Shown: positions 1-8,517, counted from the stretch's first letter. The stretch is 64,000 nucleotides of DNA from IMGVR_UViG_3300020195_000009:1-64000; one strand, 5' to 3'. Numbers and translations are program-made. The notes: generated from the sequence alone by a model not told the origin.

Positions 1-644
1 GCTGCAACGACCTTCGGAGCTGCCGGGGGGGCTGCAACGACAGTCTTGCTGCTCTCCGGTGCCGGAGGGACCGCCGCTGCCACGGCCGGGGTGCTCTTGG
101 CTGCTGCGGGAGCCTTCGGCTTGGCGACGCCGTTCGCCTTCGCTGCCTTGCCCTTGCCGAGGTGGTAGTAGCCCCGCTGACCCTCGATGCGGAGGAAGAT
201 GTCCTTGTTCGCACTGAGCGTGTAACGGATGTACCCAAGCGGGTCATCCGACGACGGGAGCCAATGACGCTTCTTCAGCTCTCCGTGAACGTCGATCGCG
301 TTCATCGTACCTGATGCGATGACCGCCTGGATCGCATCGATGAGACGAGGCTTCCCTGATTTCTTGGTGGGCGCCGCCCCCTTCGGTCCCGGCTTCGCTT
401 GGACCTTCTTCGGCTTCTGAGCCGCCGCTGCCTTCTTCGTCTGACCCTTGGTCTTCCAGCCCTTCTTCGGACCCGGCTTCTTCTTCGGGGCTGCCGCTGC
501 CTGAACCTTCCGAGCGGCTGGCTTGGCCGCCACGGGCTTTGCCTGAAGAATGCGATCGTGTCGGAGGACCGACGATTGCAGCTCATCGAGGGCTTCCGAC
601 ACCTCGCTGGTACTCATGTTTGCGAATGACTTGGCCCTGGGCAT
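1..644 (-). CDS. Lys/Ala/Pro-rich histone H1-like DNA-binding protein with a central probable winged-helix domain (partial, runs off the left edge)
   Basis: Not in the ORF track; translated by hand from ATG at 644: MPRAKSFANMST...AAPKKKPGPKKGWKTKGQTKKAAAAQKPKK...RLIDAIQAVIASGTMNAIDVHGELKKRHWLPSSDDPLGYIRYTLSANKDIFLRIEGQRGYYHLGK...PAAAKSTP. Purine-rich SD-like AAGGAAAGGAA upstream. Confidence 0.75.
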   Translation of the reverse strand, partial: MPRAKSFANMSTSEVSEALDELQSSVLRHDRILQAKPVAAKPAARKVQAAAAPKKKPGPKKGWKTKGQTKKAAAAQKPKKVQAKPGPKGAAPTKKSGKPRLIDAIQAVIASGTMNAIDVHGELKKRHWLPSSDDPLGYIRYTLSANKDIFLRIEGQRGYYHLGKGKAAKANGVAKPKAPAAAKSTPAVAAAVPPAPESSKTVVAAPPAAPKVVA

Positions 645-693
645 CTTATCCGTTCCTTTCCTTATTCATCCAATTTGGAGGACTTTAGTGTTG

Positions 694-723
694 TACACCG
701 GAACCAAATCCGTTTCAACACAA
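694..723 (-). promoter_or_regulatory. Sigma70-like promoter containing the GGTGTA motif
   Basis: Minus strand TTGAAA-17 nt (ending CCGGTG)-TACAAC upstream of the H1-like gene. Confidence 0.5.
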
Positions 724-797
724 GTTTCAATTGTCCAGCTCGGAGAATATAAGGCCGCCCCAAGTGGGAATGCAAGGGGTATCAGGGCGGTCAAACT

Positions 798-1097
798 TTA
801 CGGATCTCGGACCAGACCCCGAATGAGTTTCTGGTGAGTAGGGCTCTCTTGACCCTCTTTGATGTTCGCGTAATCACAACGTTTCACCTGGAAGCAGGTC
901 GCAATTACCCCTGGGCCTGCCCGTAACCCGTCGCAATTTTCACACACATTGGACCCAAAGTTCACCTTGAACCGAAGCTTGGAAGCCTCGCTCATCACCT
1001 CTCGGTAGGCCTCGGACAAGTCCTGAGCGGCCTTGTAGGCCGCCTCTGGGTCTCCGTCCAAGAAGGCCTGGTGAAGGGTCTCCGTAGGGTCGATCAG
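798..1097 (-). CDS. Hypothetical protein with Cys motifs; probable CTG start
   Basis: Only the 3' part of the 798..1328 track ORF looks protein-like (LIDPTETLHQAFLDGD...CENCDG...TCFQVKRC). CTG at 1097-1095 overlaps the TGA of 1094..1321. Confidence 0.5.
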   Translation of the reverse strand: MIDPTETLHQAFLDGDPEAAYKAAQDLSEAYREVMSEASKLRFKVNFGSNVCENCDGLRAGPGVIATCFQVKRCDYANIKEGQESPTHQKLIRGLVRDP

Positions 1098-1321
1098 CCG
1101 TTGACCGGGAATTCCCTGTCGAGATCCACGTCCGACAGGATCCCTAGTTGGCGAAGGGCCTTTTCCGCTTTCCCGTCGCCCATCGCCTTGCGGAGCCCCG
1201 GTAGCCTCGGATCTCGGAGCTGCACTGCCCTCTGGATGACCTTCGACAGTAGAGTGTTCCATTGGGTTGGTCCCGCTGGAATGTTGCGGGTTGGGGTCGG
1301 AACGTGTTTTCGGGTGGCCAT
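1094..1321 (-). CDS. Hypothetical protein
   Basis: 75-aa ORF with ATG 4 nt after the upstream stop, co-oriented with its neighbours. Confidence 0.55.
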   Translation of the reverse strand: MATRKHVPTPTRNIPAGPTQWNTLLSKVIQRAVQLRDPRLPGLRKAMGDGKAEKALRQLGILSDVDLDREFPVNG

Positions 1322-1324
1322 GGT

Positions 1325-1780
1325 TCATGGTCTCGTCACAAGGAGGACTAGAGCTTGGATGGCATCGTACTCAGCACGGAAGGAGTCTTCGAGACTCAAC
1401 AGCTCTTGCATGCGCTCTTCACGAGTCATCGAGCTGGACGTGTCGTAGTCACCGAAGAGTACGTGATAGTGGACTCGTAACGAGACGAACCGCTGCTTCG
1501 TCAGTTCGTACTCGAACCCGGCAAACTCCTCCAAGGCCCTAGCCGCCACCATCCGAGCTTCATCGATCTTGTGGACGACTTGCTCGACCCCTTGGAACTG
1601 ACGAGCGGCTTCCTGAACCTGCTCGGCTGCCTCCGTGAAGGTCTCGATCTGCCTCTTGAGGTCGACAAAAGGACCCATGGCGCCAGCCATCGAGAGCCCA
1701 GCTCGATGGCCCACAGCAACGGTTCCGTTACCGCTTTTCTTCTCTAGTCGTCGTTCTTTTCTCGCTGAGCTACTCGACAC
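1325..1780 (-). CDS. Hypothetical helical/coiled-coil protein
   Basis: ORF track; amphipathic helical composition; start uncertain. Confidence 0.6.
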   Translation of the reverse strand: MSSSSARKERRLEKKSGNGTVAVGHRAGLSMAGAMGPFVDLKRQIETFTEAAEQVQEAARQFQGVEQVVHKIDEARMVAARALEEFAGFEYELTKQRFVSLRVHYHVLFGDYDTSSSMTREERMQELLSLEDSFRAEYDAIQALVLLVTRP

Positions 1781-1788
1781 GGTGACCT

Positions 1789-2127
1789 CTACATGTTGTT
1801 CGTGTTGCCCCTGTAGACCGTATAGAACGGAAGACAGTCGGACTGGTTGAGCGCCTTCTGCTGAGCGTCATCCTCTTGCACCGTGCTCAGAAGCGGCACG
1901 AGCTTAAGGAGTTCGAGGATCTCTTCGCACGTAGTGATGCGGGCGAGGTCGTCACGGGCCTTCGGGTTGTGCTCGATCGTGTAGACGATCTGCGCCTTGC
2001 TCATCGTGTCGAGCAGGCAGACGTTGCCTTCCATCCAGACGTTGTTGGTCTTGTCTCCGTCGGCCAGTGTTGGAGGCGGACCCTCTCCCGTAATGCAGGG
2101 GTCGCAGCCGTTCGGATCATCGCTCAT
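1789..2127 (-). CDS. Hypothetical protein
   Basis: ATG at 2127 forms an ATGA overlap with the stop of 2124..2393. Confidence 0.6.
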   Translation of the reverse strand: MSDDPNGCDPCITGEGPPPTLADGDKTNNVWMEGNVCLLDTMSKAQIVYTIEHNPKARDDLARITTCEEILELLKLVPLLSTVQEDDAQQKALNQSDCLPFYTVYRGNTNNM

Positions 2128-2393
2128 GAGCCCCTCCTCAACCACTCGACACGAAAGATGCGTCGATGGCTTCCTACCAGGACACGGCAGTAAAAGATTC
2201 CAGCCTTGCAGCGGCGGTCGTAGTGAGGCTCTCCGCCTTCGACACTCTTCACAAACTCCGCAGCCGACCGAACGAACTCGTCCATCGAAGAGGTCTCGAT
2301 GGCCTCCGCAACCTCTTCGTCGGTGAGGTCAGGTGAGTCCTCCTCCAGATCGATCCCGAGGTCTTCGGGTACCAGTGCGGGCTGAAACTTCAC
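2124..2393 (-). CDS. Hypothetical acidic protein
   Basis: ORF track; packed tightly between its neighbours. Confidence 0.6.
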   Translation of the reverse strand: MKFQPALVPEDLGIDLEEDSPDLTDEEVAEAIETSSMDEFVRSAAEFVKSVEGGEPHYDRRCKAGIFYCRVLVGSHRRIFRVEWLRRGS

Positions 2394-2396
2394 GCT

Positions 2397-3236
2397 TTAC
2401 CTTACCAGGGGGAGACGACGGGTCGTGTTGCGCTTCTTGTCCGTCAATGTCTTGTCCGCAGCATAGCAATATTTGCAGCCTAGTGAGCACGACTCGTTGA
2501 TCGTGAAGGGGTCAACCATCAAAACGCACCCACATCCCTCGGAAGGGGGGAGCGCCCGGCCAGCCAACGCAAAGTCCTCCGGGGGTGCGCAAACGCCGGA
2601 GCCAAGGTTGGGATGGTACCCAGGATGCTTGGCAAGAAGCCGATCTTCATTACAGAGAAGCACCTGAACCCCACGATTTTGACCCACCTCAGCCACCTGA
2701 GCCAAGACGTTGAGGCGTTCCTGCTCGCTTCTCGTCTCAGGTAGGAGGTCGTTTTCCTGTAGGAAGGAAAGGTAGACCCTCTTGAGGCCGGCGTGAGCCG
2801 CCATCGCCGAGATGGTGTCGAACCGCTGGACAACATCAGGGACGATAGGGACAGGAGAAAACCGCCAGGTGATGTTCTCCGGCCCGAAGACGCTGGCAGC
2901 CATCAACAGCGAGTTGGCCCCATCCCGAAGGCTTGGGGCGCCCTTTTCGACCTCTTCCCAGCCGGTAACGGTGATGTGGATCTTGGTGGGTCGATTCTGA
3001 AGCCGATCCTTGTCGAAGATGAGATTGGTGGGGTCCTTCGTCCAAAAGACGAGCCCAAGCACGTCATCGGGACGCAGCGACCATCGGCCTGGAATGGCCG
3101 TTGTAGGGTCGAATCCAATCATGTAGCCCCGCTCCAACTGCGACAAAAACCAAGGCCATTTGGCATGAGGCAAATCCGTCCACCGGGAGAGGGAGTAAGG
3201 GAAGCCTTCTTCTTTACCGCTTCGGATCTGGGCCAC
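2397..3236 (-). CDS. DUF1848-family protein (radical-SAM-like, C-terminal Cys cluster)
   Basis: SRWTDLP...WF (family SRRTDIP), LVFWTKDP, GCGC and CSLGCKYCYA motifs. Confidence 0.8.
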   Translation of the reverse strand: MAQIRSGKEEGFPYSLSRWTDLPHAKWPWFLSQLERGYMIGFDPTTAIPGRWSLRPDDVLGLVFWTKDPTNLIFDKDRLQNRPTKIHITVTGWEEVEKGAPSLRDGANSLLMAASVFGPENITWRFSPVPIVPDVVQRFDTISAMAAHAGLKRVYLSFLQENDLLPETRSEQERLNVLAQVAEVGQNRGVQVLLCNEDRLLAKHPGYHPNLGSGVCAPPEDFALAGRALPPSEGCGCVLMVDPFTINESCSLGCKYCYAADKTLTDKKRNTTRRLPLVR

Positions 3237-3245
3237 GTTTTGATT

Positions 3246-3304
3246 TACACCGGGTTGAAGGTTGAACTTGAATCAAAATTGCGGTCGGTCGAGGGTCCGG
3301 TGTA
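3246..3304. promoter_or_regulatory. Divergent pair of CGGTGTA motifs serving the DUF1848 gene (minus) and the MazG gene (plus)
   Basis: TACACCG at 3246-3252 and CGGTGTA at 3298-3304, within about 10 nt of each start codon. Confidence 0.7.
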
Positions 3305-3313
3305 TGCGGGGGC

Positions 3314-3961
3314 ATGATCGACCTGAACCAACTCGCCCAAGTCTCGAACACCATTGCCTGCGAAAAGGGCTGGTGGGACGGCTCACCCCGTTCAGTAGCT
3401 GCCTTGACGCTCCTCATGCAATCGGAAAATGCCGAAGCTCTGGAGGACTACCGAGCCAACAAGGGCCTGAAAGACATCTGGTACGAGGTGAAGTATGAGC
3501 CGGATCCGGGAACCCTGTTGGCGAACCCTGTCAAGGCCAGCATGACCGAGGAAGAGATCCAGCGGATGATAGCTACGGCGCAAGCCAACAACTTGAGCGT
3601 CAAGATCCTCGATCAGAAGCCATGCGGAATCGCCGTGGAGTTAGCAGATACGATTATCCGAGTCGCTGATTTCGCGGCTCATCGAAGCCTAGACCTCAAC
3701 GTGGAGTACGATAAACTCCCTTCCGGGCGGCCCTCCTTGGACTTTGAGGAGGCATTGGCGGAGTCAAACTACTGGTTCTCCAAGGTTTGGCATAGCCACA
3801 AGCACCGGGACGAAGGCGGCATCGCCTTCCAGCTCGTCAAGTCCGTGGACTGCCTTCTCCTCATGTGCGCCAACAAGGGCATTGACATCGAGAAGGCGAT
3901 CGAGATCAAGACCGCTTTCAATAGAACGAGACCCGTTAGGCACGGTAACAAAAAGATATAG
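3314..3961 (+). CDS. MazG-like NTP pyrophosphohydrolase
   Basis: EKGWWD...SENAEALEDYR, IAVELADTIIRVAD, and IDIEKAIEIKTAFNRTRPVRHGNK, typical of all-alpha NTP-PPases. Confidence 0.8.
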   Translation: MIDLNQLAQVSNTIACEKGWWDGSPRSVAALTLLMQSENAEALEDYRANKGLKDIWYEVKYEPDPGTLLANPVKASMTEEEIQRMIATAQANNLSVKILDQKPCGIAVELADTIIRVADFAAHRSLDLNVEYDKLPSGRPSLDFEEALAESNYWFSKVWHSHKHRDEGGIAFQLVKSVDCLLLMCANKGIDIEKAIEIKTAFNRTRPVRHGNKKI

Positions 3962-4231
3962 CTTTGGTGCCGGGAGTGCCGCCGCCTCGGAAGATACAAC
4001 CTCACCCCTCAACAATTCGCTGATTTACTAGAGAAACATCGGGGTATGTGCCCCCTCTGCCTCACGAGAAAGGCCGACGTGATTGATCACGACCACAGTT
4101 GCTGCTCAGGTCAACGCTCGTGTGGGGAGTGCGTCCGAGGGGTTATCTGCAAGCAGTGCAACGCAGCGTTGGGGATTCTGACTGAACAAGGGGTGAGGCG
4201 AGCAATGCTCTACTTGAGGAAGCCCAAATGA
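3962..4231 (+). pseudogene. Endonuclease VII-like (His-Me finger) domain with no start codon before its N-terminal part
   Basis: In frame from 3962: LWCRECRRLGRYNLTPQQFADLLEKHRGMCPLC...IDHDHSCC...VRGVICKQCNAALG. The first ATG (4046) lies inside the domain. Confidence 0.7.
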
Positions 4232-4893
4232 ACTGGAGAGAGGAAGCCAAGACCCGAACCCACATCCTCGGAGCTGACGAGTCGGGTTTCGGGTCCTATG
4301 CGGGGCCGCTCGTCGTTTGTGCCGCCGTCGTACCCGTCAATTGGAGCCGACCGAGGGGGCTTAACGACTCCAAGAAGATTCGGAAGGCGGAGCACGAGCG
4401 GCTCTTCTACATCCTGAAAGACGTGATCCCGTATCAGGTCGAGATGGCCCAACCGGATGAGATCGACCGGGACGGGATCATGCTCGCCCTGAAGAGGTGC
4501 TACCGTGTGGTGGTGCGGGGCTTACTGGAGCGATTCCCAGACGCCCTGGTCATCCTGGACGGTGAGGTGACCCTCCGAGCCGATGGGATTCAACACCTGA
4601 ACTTCCCAAGAGCTGACGGTGAGGTCCCTGCGGTCATGGCCGCCAGCGTCCTGGGAAAGTTCACCCACGATCGCTACATGCTCAAACTCGCTGAGGAATA
4701 TCCTGGCTACGGATTCTCAAGACACTGCGGCTATGGCACCCCAGAGCACGAAGCGGCCATCGTAAAGAAGGGCATGTGTCCGGCTCATCGACGAAGCTAC
4801 GTCCCAATGGGTAAGCTCAAGACAGCCGAGGAGATGTCTCAAGCTCATGATGAAGGGATGGTAGTTGACGACGAAGGGACTACTCCCGAGTGA
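4228..4893 (+). CDS. rnhB: Ribonuclease HII
   Basis: GADESGFGSYAGPLVV, LNDSKK, ILDG, AVMAASVLGK, YPGYGF...GYGTPEH...HRRSY. Confidence 0.9.
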   Translation: MNWREEAKTRTHILGADESGFGSYAGPLVVCAAVVPVNWSRPRGLNDSKKIRKAEHERLFYILKDVIPYQVEMAQPDEIDRDGIMLALKRCYRVVVRGLLERFPDALVILDGEVTLRADGIQHLNFPRADGEVPAVMAASVLGKFTHDRYMLKLAEEYPGYGFSRHCGYGTPEHEAAIVKKGMCPAHRRSYVPMGKLKTAEEMSQAHDEGMVVDDEGTTPE

Positions 4894-5317
4894 CGTAATC
4901 CAAAGCCTCGCCAGCGCTCTTTACCAGCTCTGAGAAGTTGGAGTGCTGCTCTTCGAGTTGGTCGAGGATCCACTCCATCGCAGGCTCCGTCCGAAGTTGA
5001 CGGGAGAACTGGACGGCTCGGTGCATCTTGGCTTCCGCCTCTTGCATCTCCTCCAACATCGACTTGGCGCTTCGGATGATGTTCGGTTCGATGGGCATCC
5101 GAGCGCTCATGTATCGGGCAACGACGCGGTTGACCATGGGACCCATCTCCGCCTTCTTCCCTTTGAGGTACTCATTCGTTGGCTTGTGGCAGGAGTCCGA
5201 GCCTGGGCTGACGTGCTTACAAAACACGGACCAGGCGGTTGCCCATGCCTGCTCGTCACTGTACGACGGGTTGGACTTCTTGATATCCTTGAACAGCTCA
5301 TCGACCTTAGCCGGCAT
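4880..5317 (-). CDS. Hypothetical protein carrying an RVVARY motif
   Basis: ORF track; motif VNRVVARYMSA; converges on rnhB with a 14-nt overlap. Confidence 0.7.
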   Translation of the reverse strand: MPAKVDELFKDIKKSNPSYSDEQAWATAWSVFCKHVSPGSDSCHKPTNEYLKGKKAEMGPMVNRVVARYMSARMPIEPNIIRSAKSMLEEMQEAEAKMHRAVQFSRQLRTEPAMEWILDQLEEQHSNFSELVKSAGEALDYVTRE

Positions 5318-5395
5318 CGTTGGTCACCCCTACATAGCGGATGATCCCCGCATCACGAGGGTCCGCTAGAGTGTAGATGTGCCACTGCATCATGG

Positions 5396-5818
5396 TCAGG
5401 TCAGAAACTTGAGGATGGCCTCACCAACGTCCTTGTAACCAGGCTTCTTACCTGAGTCCTTCAAGGCCTTGGTCACCCCGTCGGTGAGCTTCTTGAGGTC
5501 CTTCTTGCCCTTGTCGGACTCCAGGTACTTGCGAGCCGCCTTACCCTTGTCGGTCTTGGGTTCGGGAGCCCCGTGGAACCAATCATCGAGAGCTTCTCGG
5601 ACGTCCTTCATCCCGAACTGACCCGCACCACCCTTCTTGGCCTCAGCGCTCATCCCGTGGGAGAGGTCGCTGATCGACTTGACGTTGTCTTGGAGGAACT
5701 TGGTTACAGGATCCGACTCGGCGGCGAACCGAGTGACAACACGGCGAACTAGCGCCTCCGGGGAGGACTTGGACTTGGCGAACCGAGCCGCTACCCGTAA
5801 CGCAAGAACATCGCTCAT
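5396..5818 (-). CDS. Hypothetical Lys-rich protein with RVAARF and RVVTRF motifs
   Basis: ATG at 5818 forms an ATGA overlap with the stop of 5815..7170; begins MSDVLALRVAARFAKSKSSPEALVRRVVTRFAAE. Confidence 0.75.
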   Translation of the reverse strand: MSDVLALRVAARFAKSKSSPEALVRRVVTRFAAESDPVTKFLQDNVKSISDLSHGMSAEAKKGGAGQFGMKDVREALDDWFHGAPEPKTDKGKAARKYLESDKGKKDLKKLTDGVTKALKDSGKKPGYKDVGEAILKFLT

Positions 5819-7170
5819 GGGTTCACCCCATGCAACGCCTGGAAGAAGTCGTAGGGGCTCATCTCGGCGATCTTGGCGGCTTCCCTGAGGGTGTAGCGAT
5901 CCCGAAGATCCATGAGGGCTGCTGTCTTCGGCTCCTCCCACTCCTCAGCCGCCTTCTCCATGGCGATGTGGACCCAGGAGGGTTCCCCAGTCAGGCAGTT
6001 GGCAAGCTCTCGAATGGCCGTCGCTGCGTCAAACGTAAGCCGACCCCCGCCCCGCATACGGGTGAGGTTCTTGGGGGCCCCTTCCGAGATTTCCCACTTC
6101 AAGACCCACGGAATGAACACCCGCTCCATCTTGGTGATGGTGTCGTCCGAGAGCTGTTCCGTCTTACCGTTCACTCGGACGAAGAAGTCGTACTGATGGG
6201 CGTTGTTGATGTGCTTGAGTTTGCCTTCATCCCTCAGCTTCTTCATTCGGGTGAGGCGCTCTTTGCTGTACTTGGTGAAGACCTCGATTACGCTCTTCCG
6301 ACCGGCAACGGACGGGTCTTCATCATTGAGAAGTCCCGTGCCGACGAGGATCTCTTTGAGGCCAGCCCCACCCGACCGAGGCATCTTCTCGACGATGGCT
6401 TGGGTGGGCTTACCCCCCGGCCAAGCGAGGAACTTCTTCGGAGGCTTGGGGGAAATCCCGTCAGCCCAAGCCGTCCCAACGGTCTTCAGGTACTTCGGGG
6501 AAATCTTGGCGATGTTTTGAGCGAGGGGGACGTCCACCATGCTCGACTGCCAATCCTCTTCGACCTTGATGTACTTGCTCTCCGTATCTGTTTCTTCACG
6601 TTTCCAGTAGAAGCCCTCCCCTCGCTCCCGGAGAGCCACGAAGATGTGCTTCTGTTCCGTCTGTCCGTAGAGAACCCAAACCCTGTACCCAGGGTGGGTT
6701 GAGGAGAAGGATGACTTCGGCCAAACGAACTCAGGGATCGAGATAAACTTCCACTCCACGTTGGCAGGTGCCCCAGAGTCACCCCACGCCTTGTTGAAGT
6801 CCTGACCCTTATCCACCGCATCCGGCTCTCTCGCCTTCGGCTTCTCTCGCTTGGGAGCCGGCTCGGGGGTCGCTCGCCCCTTGCCCTCCAAGACATCCTT
6901 GGCCACGTTGATGTCGACCATCTTCTTGGGGTCACCCCCGCGATCAGGATGGTTCTCGAACGCCTTGGTTCGGTAAGCCTTCGTGACTTCCTCAGAGCTG
7001 GGGGAAGCAGTTGGAGGGAAGCCAAGAATGGTCTTGGCTTCCTGCATCGACATGGCGATGAGAAGACGAGCGTAGCGTTCCTCGAAGAACCTGGAGGCTA
7101 CCCTGTACTCGATTCGGTTGCGAAATCGAGCTACAACATGGCGTACGATTCGGATGTCGTCAGGCTGCAT
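5815..7170 (-). CDS. J-domain (DnaJ-like) protein with N-terminal HVVARF/RVASRF motifs and an unknown C-terminal region
   Basis: AKTILGF...EEVTKAYRTKAFENHPDRGGDPKKMVDINVAKDVL, with an intact HPD motif. Confidence 0.85.
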   Translation of the reverse strand: MQPDDIRIVRHVVARFRNRIEYRVASRFFEERYARLLIAMSMQEAKTILGFPPTASPSSEEVTKAYRTKAFENHPDRGGDPKKMVDINVAKDVLEGKGRATPEPAPKREKPKAREPDAVDKGQDFNKAWGDSGAPANVEWKFISIPEFVWPKSSFSSTHPGYRVWVLYGQTEQKHIFVALRERGEGFYWKREETDTESKYIKVEEDWQSSMVDVPLAQNIAKISPKYLKTVGTAWADGISPKPPKKFLAWPGGKPTQAIVEKMPRSGGAGLKEILVGTGLLNDEDPSVAGRKSVIEVFTKYSKERLTRMKKLRDEGKLKHINNAHQYDFFVRVNGKTEQLSDDTITKMERVFIPWVLKWEISEGAPKNLTRMRGGGRLTFDAATAIRELANCLTGEPSWVHIAMEKAAEEWEEPKTAALMDLRDRYTLREAAKIAEMSPYDFFQALHGVNP

Positions 7171-7214
7171 GGATAGGCGTCTCTGCTGTGGCAGCGCCTA
7201 TCAAAAGATCCCTG

Positions 7215-8498
7215 TCAGGCCTGTTTGACTTCTTGCTCCGAATTCTCATCCCGAAGAGTGTGGACCGCCTGACCCGTCTTGAGGGTTTGCTCCGTGATGA
7301 GTACCCGCTCAATCCTCGTGTCCCCAGGGAGGTCGTAGGAGAGCTGGCGAAGTGTAGACTCCACGATGGATCGAAGAGCACGAGCCCCAGTCGGGCGGGT
7401 CTTGGCTTCTTTGGCGATAGCCCGCAAGGCTTCAGGCTCAAAGTCCAGGTTCACCCCATCCATTTGGAACAAGGCCTTGAATTGCTTGACGATAGAGTTG
7501 CGAGGGTCCGTGAGAACCCGGACCATGTCATCCTCGGTCAACTCCACCGTGGTCGTGAGAACCGCCAACCGACCCATCATTTCGGGGATGATCCCGAACT
7601 CCAAGAGATCCTCTTCGGTGGTGGAAAGGTAGGTCTTGGTCTGGTCGATCTTCTCACGGGCCGAGGCTCCGAAGCCGAGACGAGACCCCTTGTTGATCCG
7701 AGCTTCCACGATGGGCTCGATCCCCGCAAACGAGCCCGCACAGATGAACAGGATGTTCGTGGTGTCGATCGTATCGTAGGCCGTCATCATACCGGCCTTG
7801 CCGGCACGAGGTACGTTGACCTTCGACCCCTCCAAGAGCTTCAAGAGCGACTGCTGGACACCCTCTCCCGTGACGTCACGGTACCCGGCTCGGTCCCGAC
7901 CACCCTTCCGTGCGATCTTGTCGATCTCATCGAGGAAGATGATGCCCCACTCCGCCCGTTGGATGTCCCCTTGAGCTTCCTGAATGAGCCCCTGGAGCAA
8001 CGTCTCTACATCATTGCCAACGTAGCCAGCTTGGGTGAGCCCCGTCGCATCCCCGACGAAGAACGGAACGTTGAGCATCCTCGCAATAGTGCGGGAAATA
8101 TGAGTTTTACCCGTGCCCGATGGACCGAGGAGAAGGATGTTGCTCTTGTCGATCTCGACGTCCTCTTTCTTGCCGTCGACTTCGATCTCGGTCTTCCCCT
8201 CCTTCGACTTTCGGCGCTTGAAGTGGTTGTAGACCGCAATGGCGATGTCCATCTTGGCCTTGTCTTGGCCGATGACGAAGTCGCTGAGGTAGGCCCGGAT
8301 TTCCTTGGGGGTCTTGAGGGCCTCTTCCTTGGCCTTGGTCTCGAAGTTTCCCTTGCGGGACCCAGCCTCCATCTCTTTGGTGGCCATCTCGACGCAGCGG
8401 TTGCAGATGAACGGACCCTCCTCAGGGTCCGCAGCAATGAGGTTTTTCACCTCGTTCCTGGGCCTTTTGCAGAAACCGCAGCAAACCGGATTGCTCAT
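7215..8498 (-). CDS. clpX: ATP-dependent Clp protease ATPase subunit ClpX
   Basis: C4 zinc finger (CGFC...ICNRC), Walker A GPSGTGKT, pore-1 GYVG, Walker B IFLDEIDK, pore-2 RDVTGEGVQQSLLK, LGF loop, sensor II GARALR. Confidence 0.95.
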   Translation of the reverse strand: MSNPVCCGFCKRPRNEVKNLIAADPEEGPFICNRCVEMATKEMEAGSRKGNFETKAKEEALKTPKEIRAYLSDFVIGQDKAKMDIAIAVYNHFKRRKSKEGKTEIEVDGKKEDVEIDKSNILLLGPSGTGKTHISRTIARMLNVPFFVGDATGLTQAGYVGNDVETLLQGLIQEAQGDIQRAEWGIIFLDEIDKIARKGGRDRAGYRDVTGEGVQQSLLKLLEGSKVNVPRAGKAGMMTAYDTIDTTNILFICAGSFAGIEPIVEARINKGSRLGFGASAREKIDQTKTYLSTTEEDLLEFGIIPEMMGRLAVLTTTVELTEDDMVRVLTDPRNSIVKQFKALFQMDGVNLDFEPEALRAIAKEAKTRPTGARALRSIVESTLRQLSYDLPGDTRIERVLITEQTLKTGQAVHTLRDENSEQEVKQA

Positions 8499-8508
8499 AC
8501 TTGATCCT

Positions 8509-8515
8509 TACACCG
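8509..8515 (-). promoter_or_regulatory. CGGTGTA motif upstream of clpX
   Basis: CGGTGTA-10 nt-ATG; one of 14 such upstream sites. Confidence 0.65.
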
Positions 8516-8517
8516 GA

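Noticed and set aside
3959-3961. Genome-wide TAG recoding (alternative genetic code)
   Set aside because: Long genes are intact in the standard code. TAG ends polA (21802) and the HNH gene (12714) at sensible domain ends with nothing useful in frame beyond. Only this one site is suggestive.
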